Shown here piece after piece: positions 36,200 to 46,041 of a stretch of 64,000 nucleotides of DNA. The stretch's first letter is position 1. Every line of letters begins with the position of its first letter. Origin of the DNA: a virus; the IMG/VR virus record IMGVR_UViG_3300036886_000363, positions 19,437-83,436 of that record; one strand, 5' to 3'. Under the pieces are notes generated by a model. That model worked only from the letters and a program-made list of their open reading frames with translations. It searched no databases and was not told the origin of the DNA. A program made the translations under genes and the position numbers.

Positions 36200-37226
36200 T
36201 TTCTTGAAAGGTCTTCCCGGAAGCAGATATTTGAAAACCAGAGATGCTGGTTTCAAGGAGGAAGAGCATCCTCGTGGACAGCCGAATAATCCCGGGCAAT
36301 TTGTTGAAGGGGGAGGATCGAGTTCATCCGGATCCGAGGAGTCTGAATCAAAGAAGGAAGAATCACAGTCACAGGAGAAGAGTAACGAAGAGAAACTGAA
36401 AGAGGCGAGAAAGGCTCACAAGGAAGCGCGGGAGAAAAATGATTTTGATGAAATGGTAAAACATCGAAAGACCATAAATGAACTCGAAAAAGTATTGGCT
36501 CCTCCTCCTACAGAGATCGGCAAGACGACATGGGAAGAACAGGCAAAGAGACAGGTCGCGAATAGATATATCAAGGCCAACTTCAATATTAATAGTGTCT
36601 CTGGATCAATCGAGCAGGTCAATGCAACTGGCAGTCATTTATCGAAGCTTTGTAATCAATTCCCGGAAGTGCATTTCCAGTTAAAGAAACATCGTATGAG
36701 TTTTATTAAGTATCAGGGAGAGAATGAAGTTCTTAAATCGAGATATGGACATGAAATGGGAAGAAGATCTCGGGGAGTTTATGAGGACAAAACGGGAGAT
36801 GGTGCAATGCCTGCAATTACAATGAAGGCTTTGAAAAGAAGAGATGCACTTAAATTTGATACAGATGCTGGCAAGGTTGGATATGTTTTTGGCTCGGAGA
36901 ATAATGGGCACAGCGATGGAGATGTTTTGAATCATGAATTAGGCCACCACATGATGTTTTGCATAGGTAAAAAAGCCCGAAGAGAATGGTATGATGTTTG
37001 TGAAAAAATGGGAGGGTCTATTGCTCTGGAAAAGACAGTTTCAAAGTATGCTGGAACAATAATAAAAGCAACTCCAATGGGAGTTGATAGAAATCCGGAA
37101 GATTGGTATCAGGAAGGATTTGCAGAGAGTTTCGCAAAATTTACAAATCCTAATTATAAGAAAGGCAATCTGCCTCAATCAATTGAAAATTATATGACCA
37201 AGTATTTTAAAAAGGACAAATCATGA
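36186..37226 (+). CDS. Zincin-like metallopeptidase with shared N-terminal leader
   Basis: NHELGHH (HExxH), VSKYA, QEGFAESF; leader MLLYDFLKGL...TRDA and FKEEEHPRG...GQF. Confidence 0.75.
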   Translation: MLLYDFLKGLPGSRYLKTRDAGFKEEEHPRGQPNNPGQFVEGGGSSSSGSEESESKKEESQSQEKSNEEKLKEARKAHKEAREKNDFDEMVKHRKTINELEKVLAPPPTEIGKTTWEEQAKRQVANRYIKANFNINSVSGSIEQVNATGSHLSKLCNQFPEVHFQLKKHRMSFIKYQGENEVLKSRYGHEMGRRSRGVYEDKTGDGAMPAITMKALKRRDALKFDTDAGKVGYVFGSENNGHSDGDVLNHELGHHMMFCIGKKARREWYDVCEKMGGSIALEKTVSKYAGTIIKATPMGVDRNPEDWYQEGFAESFAKFTNPNYKKGNLPQSIENYMTKYFKKDKS

Positions 37227-37426
37227 TCGGAGAACCGAATTGTTATAAGCGTAAATGCAAATGGCTAAGAGGAGTGATTCAACCAGAGGGGACAGAAAAA
37301 GATGAGTCTCCGTCTTGTAAAGCTTTCCCAGAGGGGATCCCCGACGAGATAGCATACGGAGATAATAAACATTTGGCTCCGATCAAAGGACAGAAAAACG
37401 ACATTGTCTACGAGAAGGAGAAGTAA
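37223..37426 (+). CDS. Small Cys-containing partner (candidate immunity) protein
   Basis: C...CK...CKAFPEGIPDEI...H; ATGA-coupled to the peptidase gene. Confidence 0.6.
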   Translation: MIGEPNCYKRKCKWLRGVIQPEGTEKDESPSCKAFPEGIPDEIAYGDNKHLAPIKGQKNDIVYEKEK

Positions 37427-37996
37427 ATGCTTCTCTATGATTTCCTAAAAGGATTGAAGGGCAGCAAGTATCTCAAGACAAGAGATGCGATGTCGATTCC
37501 CTTCACTCCCGAGCATTTTAGTGAAGAGTGGAAAGCAGATCAGAAGAAGGTTTTGAAAGAGACTTATCCAGATTTGAGTGAGGATGACTCCCTTCACGAG
37601 ATCAACTTTCAAGGACTGACGATCTCGATAGAGAATCCGGAGGGATCAACCCGGGAAGGCACGAAGCCTGACGGCTCTCCATGGCAGACAAAATTCTTTC
37701 ATCCATATGGCTTTATAAAACATACATTAGGAGTTGATGGGGATGAGGTTGATTGTTTCATCGGCCCGAATCCGACATCACAGAATGTTTATATCATCCA
37801 TCAGAGGATTAATGGAAAGTATGATGAAGATAAGGTCATGCTGGGCTTCGATGATGAGGAGCATGCAAGAGATGCCTATTTGGCGCACTATGACACCCAG
37901 CAGAGGTTAGGCCCTATTACATTCATGCCGTTCAGCCAATTCAAGGAAGTTCTTGAAGAGAAGGGCAAAGCAGGAATCAAACTAAAAGAGGATTAA
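37427..37996 (+). CDS. Inorganic pyrophosphatase-like (InPase) domain protein with shared leader
   Basis: ISIENPEGS.R, YGFI...GVDGDEVDCFIGP, YDEDKVMLGF. Confidence 0.8.
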   Translation: MLLYDFLKGLKGSKYLKTRDAMSIPFTPEHFSEEWKADQKKVLKETYPDLSEDDSLHEINFQGLTISIENPEGSTREGTKPDGSPWQTKFFHPYGFIKHTLGVDGDEVDCFIGPNPTSQNVYIIHQRINGKYDEDKVMLGFDDEEHARDAYLAHYDTQQRLGPITFMPFSQFKEVLEEKGKAGIKLKED

Positions 37997-37999
37997 TCA

Positions 38000-40771
38000 A
38001 TGTCAAAAAAGAAGACAAAAGATTCAACGCCGGATTTCAAGAGAGATTTTGTTGAACCAATAAGAAGAGCAGCAGACAATATCGGAGGAGTATTGCCTCC
38101 ACAACTTGTCTCTTCAGCTCTCCCTCTCTTGCAGCCTTATCCTGTAATTACTCAACCTCCGGTCTGGAGAAAAAGATATGGTGTAGATGATTCTGTCCCC
38201 AAAGATGCGACATTGAAACAATCATCGATGGCAACAGACAGCTTCGCAAATTTTACTGCTCGTCTGGGGATCCAGGCCAGCAATATATCTTCTACGGCAG
38301 GATATGCACTCGGACCTTTCATCACGAGAAACAGAATCGCTCTTGAAGCAGCTTATCGTGATAGTTGGGTTGTCGGGAAGGCGATTGATTGCATCGCCGA
38401 AGACATGACTCAAGCTGGGATTTCGATGCATTCCAAATTGAAACCAGCGGAGATCAAAGATATGCAAGTTGCTATCAGCGAATTCAAGATATGGCATGAT
38501 CTGGGAATGGCGATCAAGTGGGCAAGACTTTATGGAGGTTGTCTTGCTGTCATGATGATAGACGGACATAATTATGAAGCTCCTCTCGACATTACAAGAG
38601 TCGGGAAAGATAAATTCAAGGGGCTTGTTGTCCTTGATAGATGGATGGTTCAACCCAGTATGGGAGAGTTAATAACCGATCTGGGAACGGATATTGGCAT
38701 GCCGAAATTCTATCAGGCGATGCCGGGGGTCTCTACTTTCCCATCAAAGAAGATCCACCATACACGCTGTCTCCGATTTGACGGGATCGAGCTTCCTTAT
38801 TATCAGAAATTGTTTGAAAATCTCTGGGGATTGTCTGTCGTCGAAAGATGCCTCGATCGTCTTCTGGCCTTCGATTCTGCAACTCAGGGTGCTGCCCAGT
38901 TGTTGTATAAATCTCATCTCCGGGTTATCAGGGTGAAGGATTTTCGTCTTGCCCTTGCTGCAGGTGGCAATCAGGAAGAGGCCATGATGAAGATGTTCAT
39001 GTATATCCGGTCAATGCAGACAAATGAAGGATTGACAGTCCTTGATGCTGAAGACGAATTTGCGACTCATTCATATACCTTTGCAGGTGTGTCGGATGCC
39101 CTCCAGCAGTTCGGCCAGCAGATCGCCGGTTCTATTGATACTCCTCTCGTCAGGTTATTTGGACAGAGTCCTGCCGGATTCAGTACGGGAGATACCGACA
39201 TAAGAAACTATTATGACGGGATTAAGAAGAGACAGGAGAACGATCTCCGTCCCCGGCTTGATCCATTGCTTGCAGTCATAGCGATGTCGAGGTTAGGCCA
39301 TGCCCTCCCCGATGACTTTGAATTCAAGTTTATCCCATTATGGCAAATGTCTGAGAATGAAAAATCAGAGATTGCAGGCAAGGTTGTTGATACGGTTGTC
39401 AAGGCAAAGGATGCCGGGTTAATCCCTCTGCATACCGCGATGAAAGAGTTGCAGGAATCTTCCCGGATAACTGGAGTATTTACAAATATAACCGATGAGG
39501 ATATTGAAGAAGCCGAGAATAATCCTCCTGAAGCTCCGATGCCGGGAGCACCCGGTGCTGAGGGCGGGCCAGAAGGAGGAGAGAAGAAGCCAGATGAAAC
39601 AAAAGGAGCCGAAAAGCCAAATGAGAGACTCGGAGCTGCGGATCCCGATGTTGAAAAGGAGAAGATTCCTGAAAAAGAAACTCAAGATGTCGGGAGATCA
39701 TCTGTTAGAGATATTTTTAATATTTGGAGAGAGAAGAGAAGGAAGATATTAAATTCTCTTGATACGATTTTTAAAGAGGAAGAACATCCCAGAGGATCAG
39801 GGGAGAAAGGCGGGCAGTTTGTCAGCAAGGGGGAAGGTGGAACATCGGGAAAGAAGGAAGGAGAAGGTAAAGAATCTAAAGCGGGAACACAGACAGTCAA
39901 GCGCACTAAGTCTACCCAGTCTTTTGAAGAGACGAAACGGGATAAAGAAGGCAAGGTCGTATTGTCATCGGGCAAGCCTCTTCCAAAGCATATGGTTAAT
40001 ACCTATATAGCACCGGCGTGGGAAAATGTCCTTATTAATCCCGATCCCAAAGGAGACTTGTGGGCTGTTGGTCATAACAAGGAAGGTAAAATTGTTGGCT
40101 GGGTCTATAGTGATGAGCATAATAGTGGGAAGGACATTGCTAAGGATAGTATGTACCAAGAGCTGAGAAAGCAATATACGTCTATCGTTCAACAGCTCAA
40201 TAACGATTATAAGGATAAGGATAAAAAGGAGTCAGCTTTCGTTACAAAGATAATAGCTAACACTGGTGCAAGGATAGGCAGTCAGAAAGAAGCTATCGGC
40301 ATAAAGGGGATAAAAACTTACGGCGCATCGACGCTAGAAGCGAGACATATAGTTGCTGAGAAAGACGGTACGGTTAAATTAGATTTTATTGGTAAAGACG
40401 CCAAGCGTAATATCTACACTGTTACAGATAAGAAGGTTGCCGATGAGTTGAAGAGTTTGGTAGCAGGTAAGAAGCCTGCGGATAATTTATTTGCTGCCAA
40501 TTATAATATGTGTCTTAATTATGTCAAGTCTCTTGATGGTGGAGGATTTACTCCTAAGAGTTTTAGGCTTAAGATAGCGACGGACTTAGCATTGCAAACA
40601 ATGAAGACAATGGGAGCGCCAACAGATCCAAAAGATTATAAGAAGAAGGTTTTGGCGGTTGCCAAAACAGTAGCCGAACAATTAAATAATACTCCAGCAA
40701 TAGCTTTGAAGCAGTATATAGTCGCAAGTATATGGACTGACTGGAAGACTAAAGCCGGAGTCGGGGTATAA
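38000..40771 (+). CDS. Portal protein (DUF1073/Acb1-like family) fused to a type IB topoisomerase domain
   Basis: Portal: AIDCIAEDMT, WARLYGG, IHHTRCLRF, PLVRLFGQSPAG, NYYD. Topo IB: IAPAW, RIGS, TYGASTL...H, DFIGK, KSFR, LNNTP...QYI. Confidence 0.9.
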   Translation: MSKKKTKDSTPDFKRDFVEPIRRAADNIGGVLPPQLVSSALPLLQPYPVITQPPVWRKRYGVDDSVPKDATLKQSSMATDSFANFTARLGIQASNISSTAGYALGPFITRNRIALEAAYRDSWVVGKAIDCIAEDMTQAGISMHSKLKPAEIKDMQVAISEFKIWHDLGMAIKWARLYGGCLAVMMIDGHNYEAPLDITRVGKDKFKGLVVLDRWMVQPSMGELITDLGTDIGMPKFYQAMPGVSTFPSKKIHHTRCLRFDGIELPYYQKLFENLWGLSVVERCLDRLLAFDSATQGAAQLLYKSHLRVIRVKDFRLALAAGGNQEEAMMKMFMYIRSMQTNEGLTVLDAEDEFATHSYTFAGVSDALQQFGQQIAGSIDTPLVRLFGQSPAGFSTGDTDIRNYYDGIKKRQENDLRPRLDPLLAVIAMSRLGHALPDDFEFKFIPLWQMSENEKSEIAGKVVDTVVKAKDAGLIPLHTAMKELQESSRITGVFTNITDEDIEEAENNPPEAPMPGAPGAEGGPEGGEKKPDETKGAEKPNERLGAADPDVEKEKIPEKETQDVGRSSVRDIFNIWREKRRKILNSLDTIFKEEEHPRGSGEKGGQFVSKGEGGTSGKKEGEGKESKAGTQTVKRTKSTQSFEETKRDKEGKVVLSSGKPLPKHMVNTYIAPAWENVLINPDPKGDLWAVGHNKEGKIVGWVYSDEHNSGKDIAKDSMYQELRKQYTSIVQQLNNDYKDKDKKESAFVTKIIANTGARIGSQKEAIGIKGIKTYGASTLEARHIVAEKDGTVKLDFIGKDAKRNIYTVTDKKVADELKSLVAGKKPADNLFAANYNMCLNYVKSLDGGGFTPKSFRLKIATDLALQTMKTMGAPTDPKDYKKKVLAVAKTVAEQLNNTPAIALKQYIVASIWTDWKTKAGVGV

Positions 40772-40780
40772 GGAGGCGTT

Positions 40781-40939
40781 ATGGAAGATTATCCAGAGAC
40801 ACAATACGGAAATATTAGAACAGATAAATTTGATTGGCGCAAGTATAGTAACGATACGGATGACGATGTTGATGAACCTGCGTCTGCTATGCTAATTAAA
40901 ATGTTGGGGTTCAATCCCGACGAGGACGAAGAGGAATAA
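40781..40939 (+). CDS. 52-aa acidic protein (candidate Topo IB inhibitor)
   Basis: AAGGAGG RBS; MEDYPETQYG...DWRKYSNDTDDDVDEP...MLGFNPDEDEEE. Confidence 0.65.
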   Translation: MEDYPETQYGNIRTDKFDWRKYSNDTDDDVDEPASAMLIKMLGFNPDEDEEE

Positions 40940-41109
40940 TGTACACCCTCCCATACAGAACGACAGAAGCTCCCAAAGATGAGAAGGCCTATAAAAAAGC
41001 GGTTCTCAAGGTTGCAAAAGAGGTCGCAGCCAAACTCGGCAATACTCCTGCAGTTGCTCTGAAGGCCTATATTAGTCCTGTAGTTTTTGCGCAATGGAGG
41101 ACAAAGTAA
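40939..41109 (+). pseudogene. Orphan second Topo IB C-terminal fragment (56 aa)
   Basis: APKDEKAYKKAVLKVAKEVAAKLGNTPAVALKAYI aligns with APTDPKDYKKKVLAVAKTVAEQLNNTPAIALKQYI of the portal fusion. Confidence 0.8.
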
Positions 41110-41561
41110 TGTTGCTCACCGATATGAGGATAAGGAAGGGAAGATTCATACAAAAAGATGCTGAAGAGGTTTACAAAGGAATCGGCTCTTTATTGGGAGA
41201 AGCAGGTCATGTTGAATCTGGATTAATCGAATTATTCGCCGATAACAAAAAAGTGAAAGATAGCGAGATTCATAAAATGGCTGAACAACTGGGTTGGGAG
41301 GCTGATAAATTGGAAGAGATGGTTTATTCCCTCCTTCAGTCATTCCTTTCTCAGGGCAAGTTTATGAAGGAGGGGCAGGGCAAACAATTCGATGATAAAG
41401 AAGTTGAGATGGGAAAGAAAGTCGAGCTTGAACATACAAACAATCCCATTCTCTCATTGAGAATAACATTGGATCATTTAACAGAGATACCAGACTACTA
41501 TACTCGATTGGCGCAGATGGAGAAAGAAGGGAAGGCGGCAATGAAGGGAGGACAAGAATAA
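41109..41561 (+). CDS. DUF5661-like protein with shared leader
   Basis: MGKKVELEHT...ITLDHLTEIPDYYTRL; likely start MLLTD at 41109 (TAATG coupling). Confidence 0.7.
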   Translation: MLLTDMRIRKGRFIQKDAEEVYKGIGSLLGEAGHVESGLIELFADNKKVKDSEIHKMAEQLGWEADKLEEMVYSLLQSFLSQGKFMKEGQGKQFDDKEVEMGKKVELEHTNNPILSLRITLDHLTEIPDYYTRLAQMEKEGKAAMKGGQE

Positions 41562-42313
41562 TGGCAGACCTGATTCAAGACTTACCGGAAGCTCCTTTTC
41601 AAAAGTCAAAGGCGATCCAGGAGGAGTATGCCCGTGCTCTGAGAGGGGTATCCAGACAAGTTGGAAATTTAATTAAAGGTTACAACCCGACCGATCCTCT
41701 TTCAGCAGAGAGGTTAAGGAAAGCGCTGAGAGCTTATTCAGAACTTATTGGGCCATGGGCAGAGACAATCAGCAAAAGGATCCTTGTGGCTGTCAACAAT
41801 CAAGATTACAATGCTTGGAGGCAGCATAGCCGGGAAATGTCCCTCAAGATGAGGCAAGAGATATTGTCGTCAAATGTGGGCGAGACCTTTCAAAGACTCA
41901 TGAGGGAGAATGTCGAACTCATCAAATCGATACCTTTGAAGGCTGCAGAGAGAGTCCATGAATTGGTCACAGAGAATCTTATGCAGAGCGCCCGGGCAGA
42001 TGAGATATCACAGAAGATAATGGAGTCCGAGAAGGTATCCAAAGTGGTCGCAACCCGGATTGCCCGGACAGAGATTGCAAGAGCATCGAGTACTTTGCTT
42101 CAATCAAGGGCTTTGTCTATTGGGAGTACGGGCTACATTTGGAAGACCTCTAAAGATTTGTTAGTTAGGAAATCACACAAGATAATGGAAGGCAAATTTA
42201 TTAAGTGGAATGATCCGCCAAAACTAAGTGATGGTACGATAACCCATGCCGGGCAAATTTACAATTGCAGATGCTGGCCGGATGTTCAAATTCCTGAAGG
42301 AAATTATTCATGA
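41561..42313 (+). CDS. Head morphogenesis protein (Mu gpF / SPP1 gp7 family)
   Basis: NVELIKSIP, RIARTE, YIWKTSKD..VRKSH, HAGQIYNCRC. Confidence 0.9.
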   Translation: MADLIQDLPEAPFQKSKAIQEEYARALRGVSRQVGNLIKGYNPTDPLSAERLRKALRAYSELIGPWAETISKRILVAVNNQDYNAWRQHSREMSLKMRQEILSSNVGETFQRLMRENVELIKSIPLKAAERVHELVTENLMQSARADEISQKIMESEKVSKVVATRIARTEIARASSTLLQSRALSIGSTGYIWKTSKDLLVRKSHKIMEGKFIKWNDPPKLSDGTITHAGQIYNCRCWPDVQIPEGNYS

Positions 42314-42975
42314 AATATGAACTTTATAATTTAATCTTTCTGAATGGGAAAAGATACATTGGAATTTCTCAGGATTCAAAGAAAAGATTTGTAACCCATA
42401 AAGCGCTTGCGAGAAGTGGATATCCTCAAGCTGTTTATAGAGCAATTAGAAAATATGGAGATAATTCAGTCAAACTTAAAATTTTGGCTGTTGGAGAAAA
42501 GGATTATATTCTTGAAATGGAAAAGAAAGCTATTTTTATTTTTAAAACAATGAATAAGAAGTTTGGGTATAATATGTCTCCCGGAGGAGAAATAAGTCCT
42601 GTTGCTGGCATTGGTCATTCGAAGAAGAGTAAAAGAAAAATGAGCATCTCTCAAAAAAATAGAATTCATACTCCAGAAGAAATTGCTAAGATGGCTGCTT
42701 CTTTAAAGGGAAGAGTTTTTTCAGAAGAACATAAAGAGAAGTTAAGCTTTGCCGCCTCCAAAAGAAAGATCCCAGAACAGATAAGAACAAAAATAAGTGC
42801 TTCTTTAAAAGGAAATATCCCGTGGAATAAAGGGATCCCTCGTTCTAATGAAGTTAAAAGAAGAATATCTGATTCTTTAAAAGGACATTCAGCGACGATT
42901 GGTTTTACTGGCAGAAAACATTCTGAAGAAACAAAACAGAGAATGAGAGAATCTCATTTGAAAAGGGTTGCGTAA
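42310..42975 (+). mobile_element. GIY-YIG homing endonuclease with NUMOD3 repeats
   Basis: LY...NGKRYIGIS...R, GYNMSPGG, HSEETKQRM; AT-rich. Confidence 0.85.
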
Positions 42976-42990
42976 ATAGGAGGGAGTGAA

Positions 42991-43356
42991 ATGTTGCTCA
43001 GTGATTTTTTATCCAAAGGCGTCAAGAACGGGATGTATGCAAAGACAAAAGAGGGGAAGGCTTTTGCCCGGGATGCCTCAATATTAAAATCAAATAAAGA
43101 CTCCGACATCATAATCAATATTAATGTTGGAGAAGGAGATCAGCCCGGGCCAGAGATCATAGCGGCAGAGAATGTTGAAATCCCCGCAGAGACACCGACC
43201 AATACAGAGGGCACAGAGTATAAGGGATATACAATCAAGCAAGAGAATGATGGCAGATTTCTTATCTACTCGATTGGCGGTGCACTGATAACCGAAGCGG
43301 CTTCCCTTGAGCTTGCCATGAATATCATTAATGGAATGGCGATAGATGGAGAATAA
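42991..43356 (+). CDS. Hypothetical head-associated protein with shared leader
   Basis: MLLSDFLSKG...ARDAS. Confidence 0.65.
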   Translation: MLLSDFLSKGVKNGMYAKTKEGKAFARDASILKSNKDSDIIININVGEGDQPGPEIIAAENVEIPAETPTNTEGTEYKGYTIKQENDGRFLIYSIGGALITEAASLELAMNIINGMAIDGE

Positions 43357-43359
43357 AAT

Positions 43360-43683
43360 ATGAGCCAGCAAGTTCTACCTCCCGATCCTACAAGGGCGCA
43401 GATATATCAGAACTCAAATTTCATAGCAACGAAGGTCTTGCTCCCCGATGGATCGGTTGTTGATGGTCTTCCCGTTGATGTTCAGGGGAGTATAATCAAT
43501 CTTAGTGATCTTGTTCCCTATCCCAAAGATGAGGCTGATTGCAGTTATGATGTGAATATGAATTTGTCACAGGTAGACTTTTATTATCAGGGAGTAAAAG
43601 TGGCAACACTTGTATTGAGTTATGTGTCTGCCGGATCCCCGGTTTCATATTATATTTCTAAGATCAAGAGGACATTTCCATAA
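43360..43683 (+). CDS. Probable virion protein
   Basis: G.KVATLVLSY...ISKI.R pattern. Confidence 0.55.
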   Translation: MSQQVLPPDPTRAQIYQNSNFIATKVLLPDGSVVDGLPVDVQGSIINLSDLVPYPKDEADCSYDVNMNLSQVDFYYQGVKVATLVLSYVSAGSPVSYYISKIKRTFP

Positions 43684-43910
43684 TGGGAAAATTTATCTTC
43701 AACCCTTTTACTTGCAATCTCGACTATACAGAAACTGGTGGAGGAGGCGGAACTCCCGGTCCTCCTGGCCAAGGTGTCCCAGTTGGTGGGTCTCCTAATC
43801 AAGTTTTAGCTAAGAAAACTGCTGCCGATTATGATACTCAATGGCAAGACCAATCTGGTGGCGGGATAACTGTTCAGCAAGCAATCATGTATTCATTAAT
43901 AGGTGGATAA
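43683..43910 (+). CDS. Short fibre-associated protein
   Basis: FNPFT.NLD; GPPGQG; GG..NQVLAKKT..DYDTQW. Confidence 0.6.
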   Translation: MGKFIFNPFTCNLDYTETGGGGGTPGPPGQGVPVGGSPNQVLAKKTAADYDTQWQDQSGGGITVQQAIMYSLIGG

Positions 43911-45761
43911 ATGTTAGCATTAAATAATGGAGATATAATCCAAGGAGATGCTACCAATGCAAATCAGGTAGATTATTCCTTTTATGGATATAAAAATAGC
44001 GTATTGACAGCTCTCGCAAATGGGCAGCTCCCAGCGGTCAAGGGGATTCTTTATACAGCGGCTTCTGCTGATGCTGTTTTATCTATCGTCCTTGTTAATA
44101 CAGGCGCAATGGTAAACAATATCAATCTTTATTATCTTCCAGCGTCTTCTCCTCAAACTTCAAGAAGGCTTATTGCCCAGAACTTACAGCTGCCGGCTGG
44201 ATATTCTTTGCATTTTGATGGGCACACTGTAACAGTTCTTAGCAATACTGGAGCTGTTGTTTATGTAGGTGCAACAGGTCAGGGATTTAATTGGCGTGGT
44301 GCATGGGTCTCGGGCAATAATTATGCAGCTTACGATGTATTGACTAATGCCGGGAATAGTTATCAGTGTATTCTTGCAATAAATAATTCAATTACAGTTC
44401 CGGGATCAGATCCAACTCACTTCTCATTGTTTGTTTCAATAGGCAGCACAGGGTCTCCTGGTTCTGTCTGGTATAATAGTATTGGTGTTCCAAGTGGAGC
44501 AACAGGAATTCTTGGCGATTATGATTTGAATGTTGTGAATGGAGATGTTTACCAGAAGCAGGGCAGTTCTCCATCTTGGACTCTTGTAGGAAATATAAGA
44601 GGTCTTCAAGGCATTCAAGGTCCCGCCGGAAATATCCCAAATGTGATAGCAACAGGAACTTCCGACGCAATCATAGTAACATACACACCTCCAATCGTCC
44701 TTACAGATTTAATGATAGTTGCTTTTAGAGCAACAGCTAAGAATCTAACCACATCTCCATCCTTCACTCCTAATGGTTTAGCAACGCTGCCTCTTAATAA
44801 GTACGGTGGTCAATCTGTAGCAATAGGTGATATACCAGCCGCCGGAGCAGATTGTATAGTTCAGTATAATGCAACTTCTCCAGCTTTTTGGGATTTGTTG
44901 AATCCAGCAAGTGTAGGTCTCACCCCCGCCACCGCCGCACAGATTATCGCAGGGTCTCCGGCAGGGGTGTATATTGCACCTGATCAGTTGAATCTGGCTA
45001 ATATTGTCTTAGCTCCACAGATCAGACCTATTTCTGCTACTGTTGGGGCAAATGCTCTGACTATCAACCTTGCGAATACTGCACTTGATTTCCGATCCGC
45101 TACACTCACAAGCGGAACAATCACTTCGGCGATAGCAACAGGTGCATTATCCATAGTAGTTCCATCTACTGCAACTCTTGGAACTATCAACGCTGTTCAG
45201 GCAATGCTTGCCGTATTGGTGGCGTATAACGCAGGGACTCCTATTCTTTGCATTGTTAATATGGCAGGGGGAGTAAATCTTGATGAAACAACCGTCATCA
45301 GTCCAACGACAATAGATACGGGAGCTGACTTGGCAAGCATAATCTATTCTGCTTCGGCTTGTGGGGCGAGCACACCTTTCAGAGTTGTCGGCTATATCCT
45401 TATTACGGAGGGCACGGCAGGGACATGGGCAACTGCCCCATCTTTAATTCAAGGTGTAGGTGGTCAAGCCTTCGTTAATCAGCAGACACTTGGCATGGGG
45501 CAAACATATGTAAATTACACAAGTTCTGGAAGGACATTAGGCACTACTTATTATAACACAACAAGTAAACCTATCGCTGTTGATGTAAGCACATATAAGG
45601 TAGTCGGGAATGACACATTAGTGGGGTACGTTGCTGGACAGCCTATAGCCAACACCCTATGTGTTGCTAATAACCAAGGAAACATTTATTTCATCGTTCC
45701 TCCGGGAATGTCTTATGAAGTTACAGGGACAACTATAAATTCATGGTGGGAGCTTCGATAA
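43911..45761 (+). CDS. Fibre protein
   Basis: WRGAW...Y...DV module, short collagen-like Gly-X-Y run, C-terminal TYYNTT.KPI...FIVPPG.SY...WWELR tail-fibre tip. Confidence 0.8.
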   Translation: MLALNNGDIIQGDATNANQVDYSFYGYKNSVLTALANGQLPAVKGILYTAASADAVLSIVLVNTGAMVNNINLYYLPASSPQTSRRLIAQNLQLPAGYSLHFDGHTVTVLSNTGAVVYVGATGQGFNWRGAWVSGNNYAAYDVLTNAGNSYQCILAINNSITVPGSDPTHFSLFVSIGSTGSPGSVWYNSIGVPSGATGILGDYDLNVVNGDVYQKQGSSPSWTLVGNIRGLQGIQGPAGNIPNVIATGTSDAIIVTYTPPIVLTDLMIVAFRATAKNLTTSPSFTPNGLATLPLNKYGGQSVAIGDIPAAGADCIVQYNATSPAFWDLLNPASVGLTPATAAQIIAGSPAGVYIAPDQLNLANIVLAPQIRPISATVGANALTINLANTALDFRSATLTSGTITSAIATGALSIVVPSTATLGTINAVQAMLAVLVAYNAGTPILCIVNMAGGVNLDETTVISPTTIDTGADLASIIYSASACGASTPFRVVGYILITEGTAGTWATAPSLIQGVGGQAFVNQQTLGMGQTYVNYTSSGRTLGTTYYNTTSKPIAVDVSTYKVVGNDTLVGYVAGQPIANTLCVANNQGNIYFIVPPGMSYEVTGTTINSWWELR

Positions 45762-45771
45762 GGAGGTTTGC

Positions 45772-46041
45772 ATGTACTATCAAGATACTACAGGAAATAT
45801 ACATTTTCTAAGTGACGAGGACATAGCAAGAGGTGGTGAGAAATTATTGCCTCAAAATTGTGTGCAGATAACCGATGAACAAGCGGCAGCGATTCAGGCG
45901 GCTATCCCGCAACCCGCACCGCCGCCGCCCCCAGACCTGCTCGGCGACATTGCATCCTGGATAGCGACACAGGCTAATCCGCCACAGTCGGTGGTAGACG
46001 TGGTGGCGATGAAGATGGCCGTGAATAAGGTAAAGACATGA
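45772..46041 (+). CDS. Fibre assembly/chaperone-like protein
   Basis: MYYQD...LP..CVQITDEQA; follows the fibre gene. Confidence 0.6.
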   Translation: MYYQDTTGNIHFLSDEDIARGGEKLLPQNCVQITDEQAAAIQAAIPQPAPPPPPDLLGDIASWIATQANPPQSVVDVVAMKMAVNKVKT

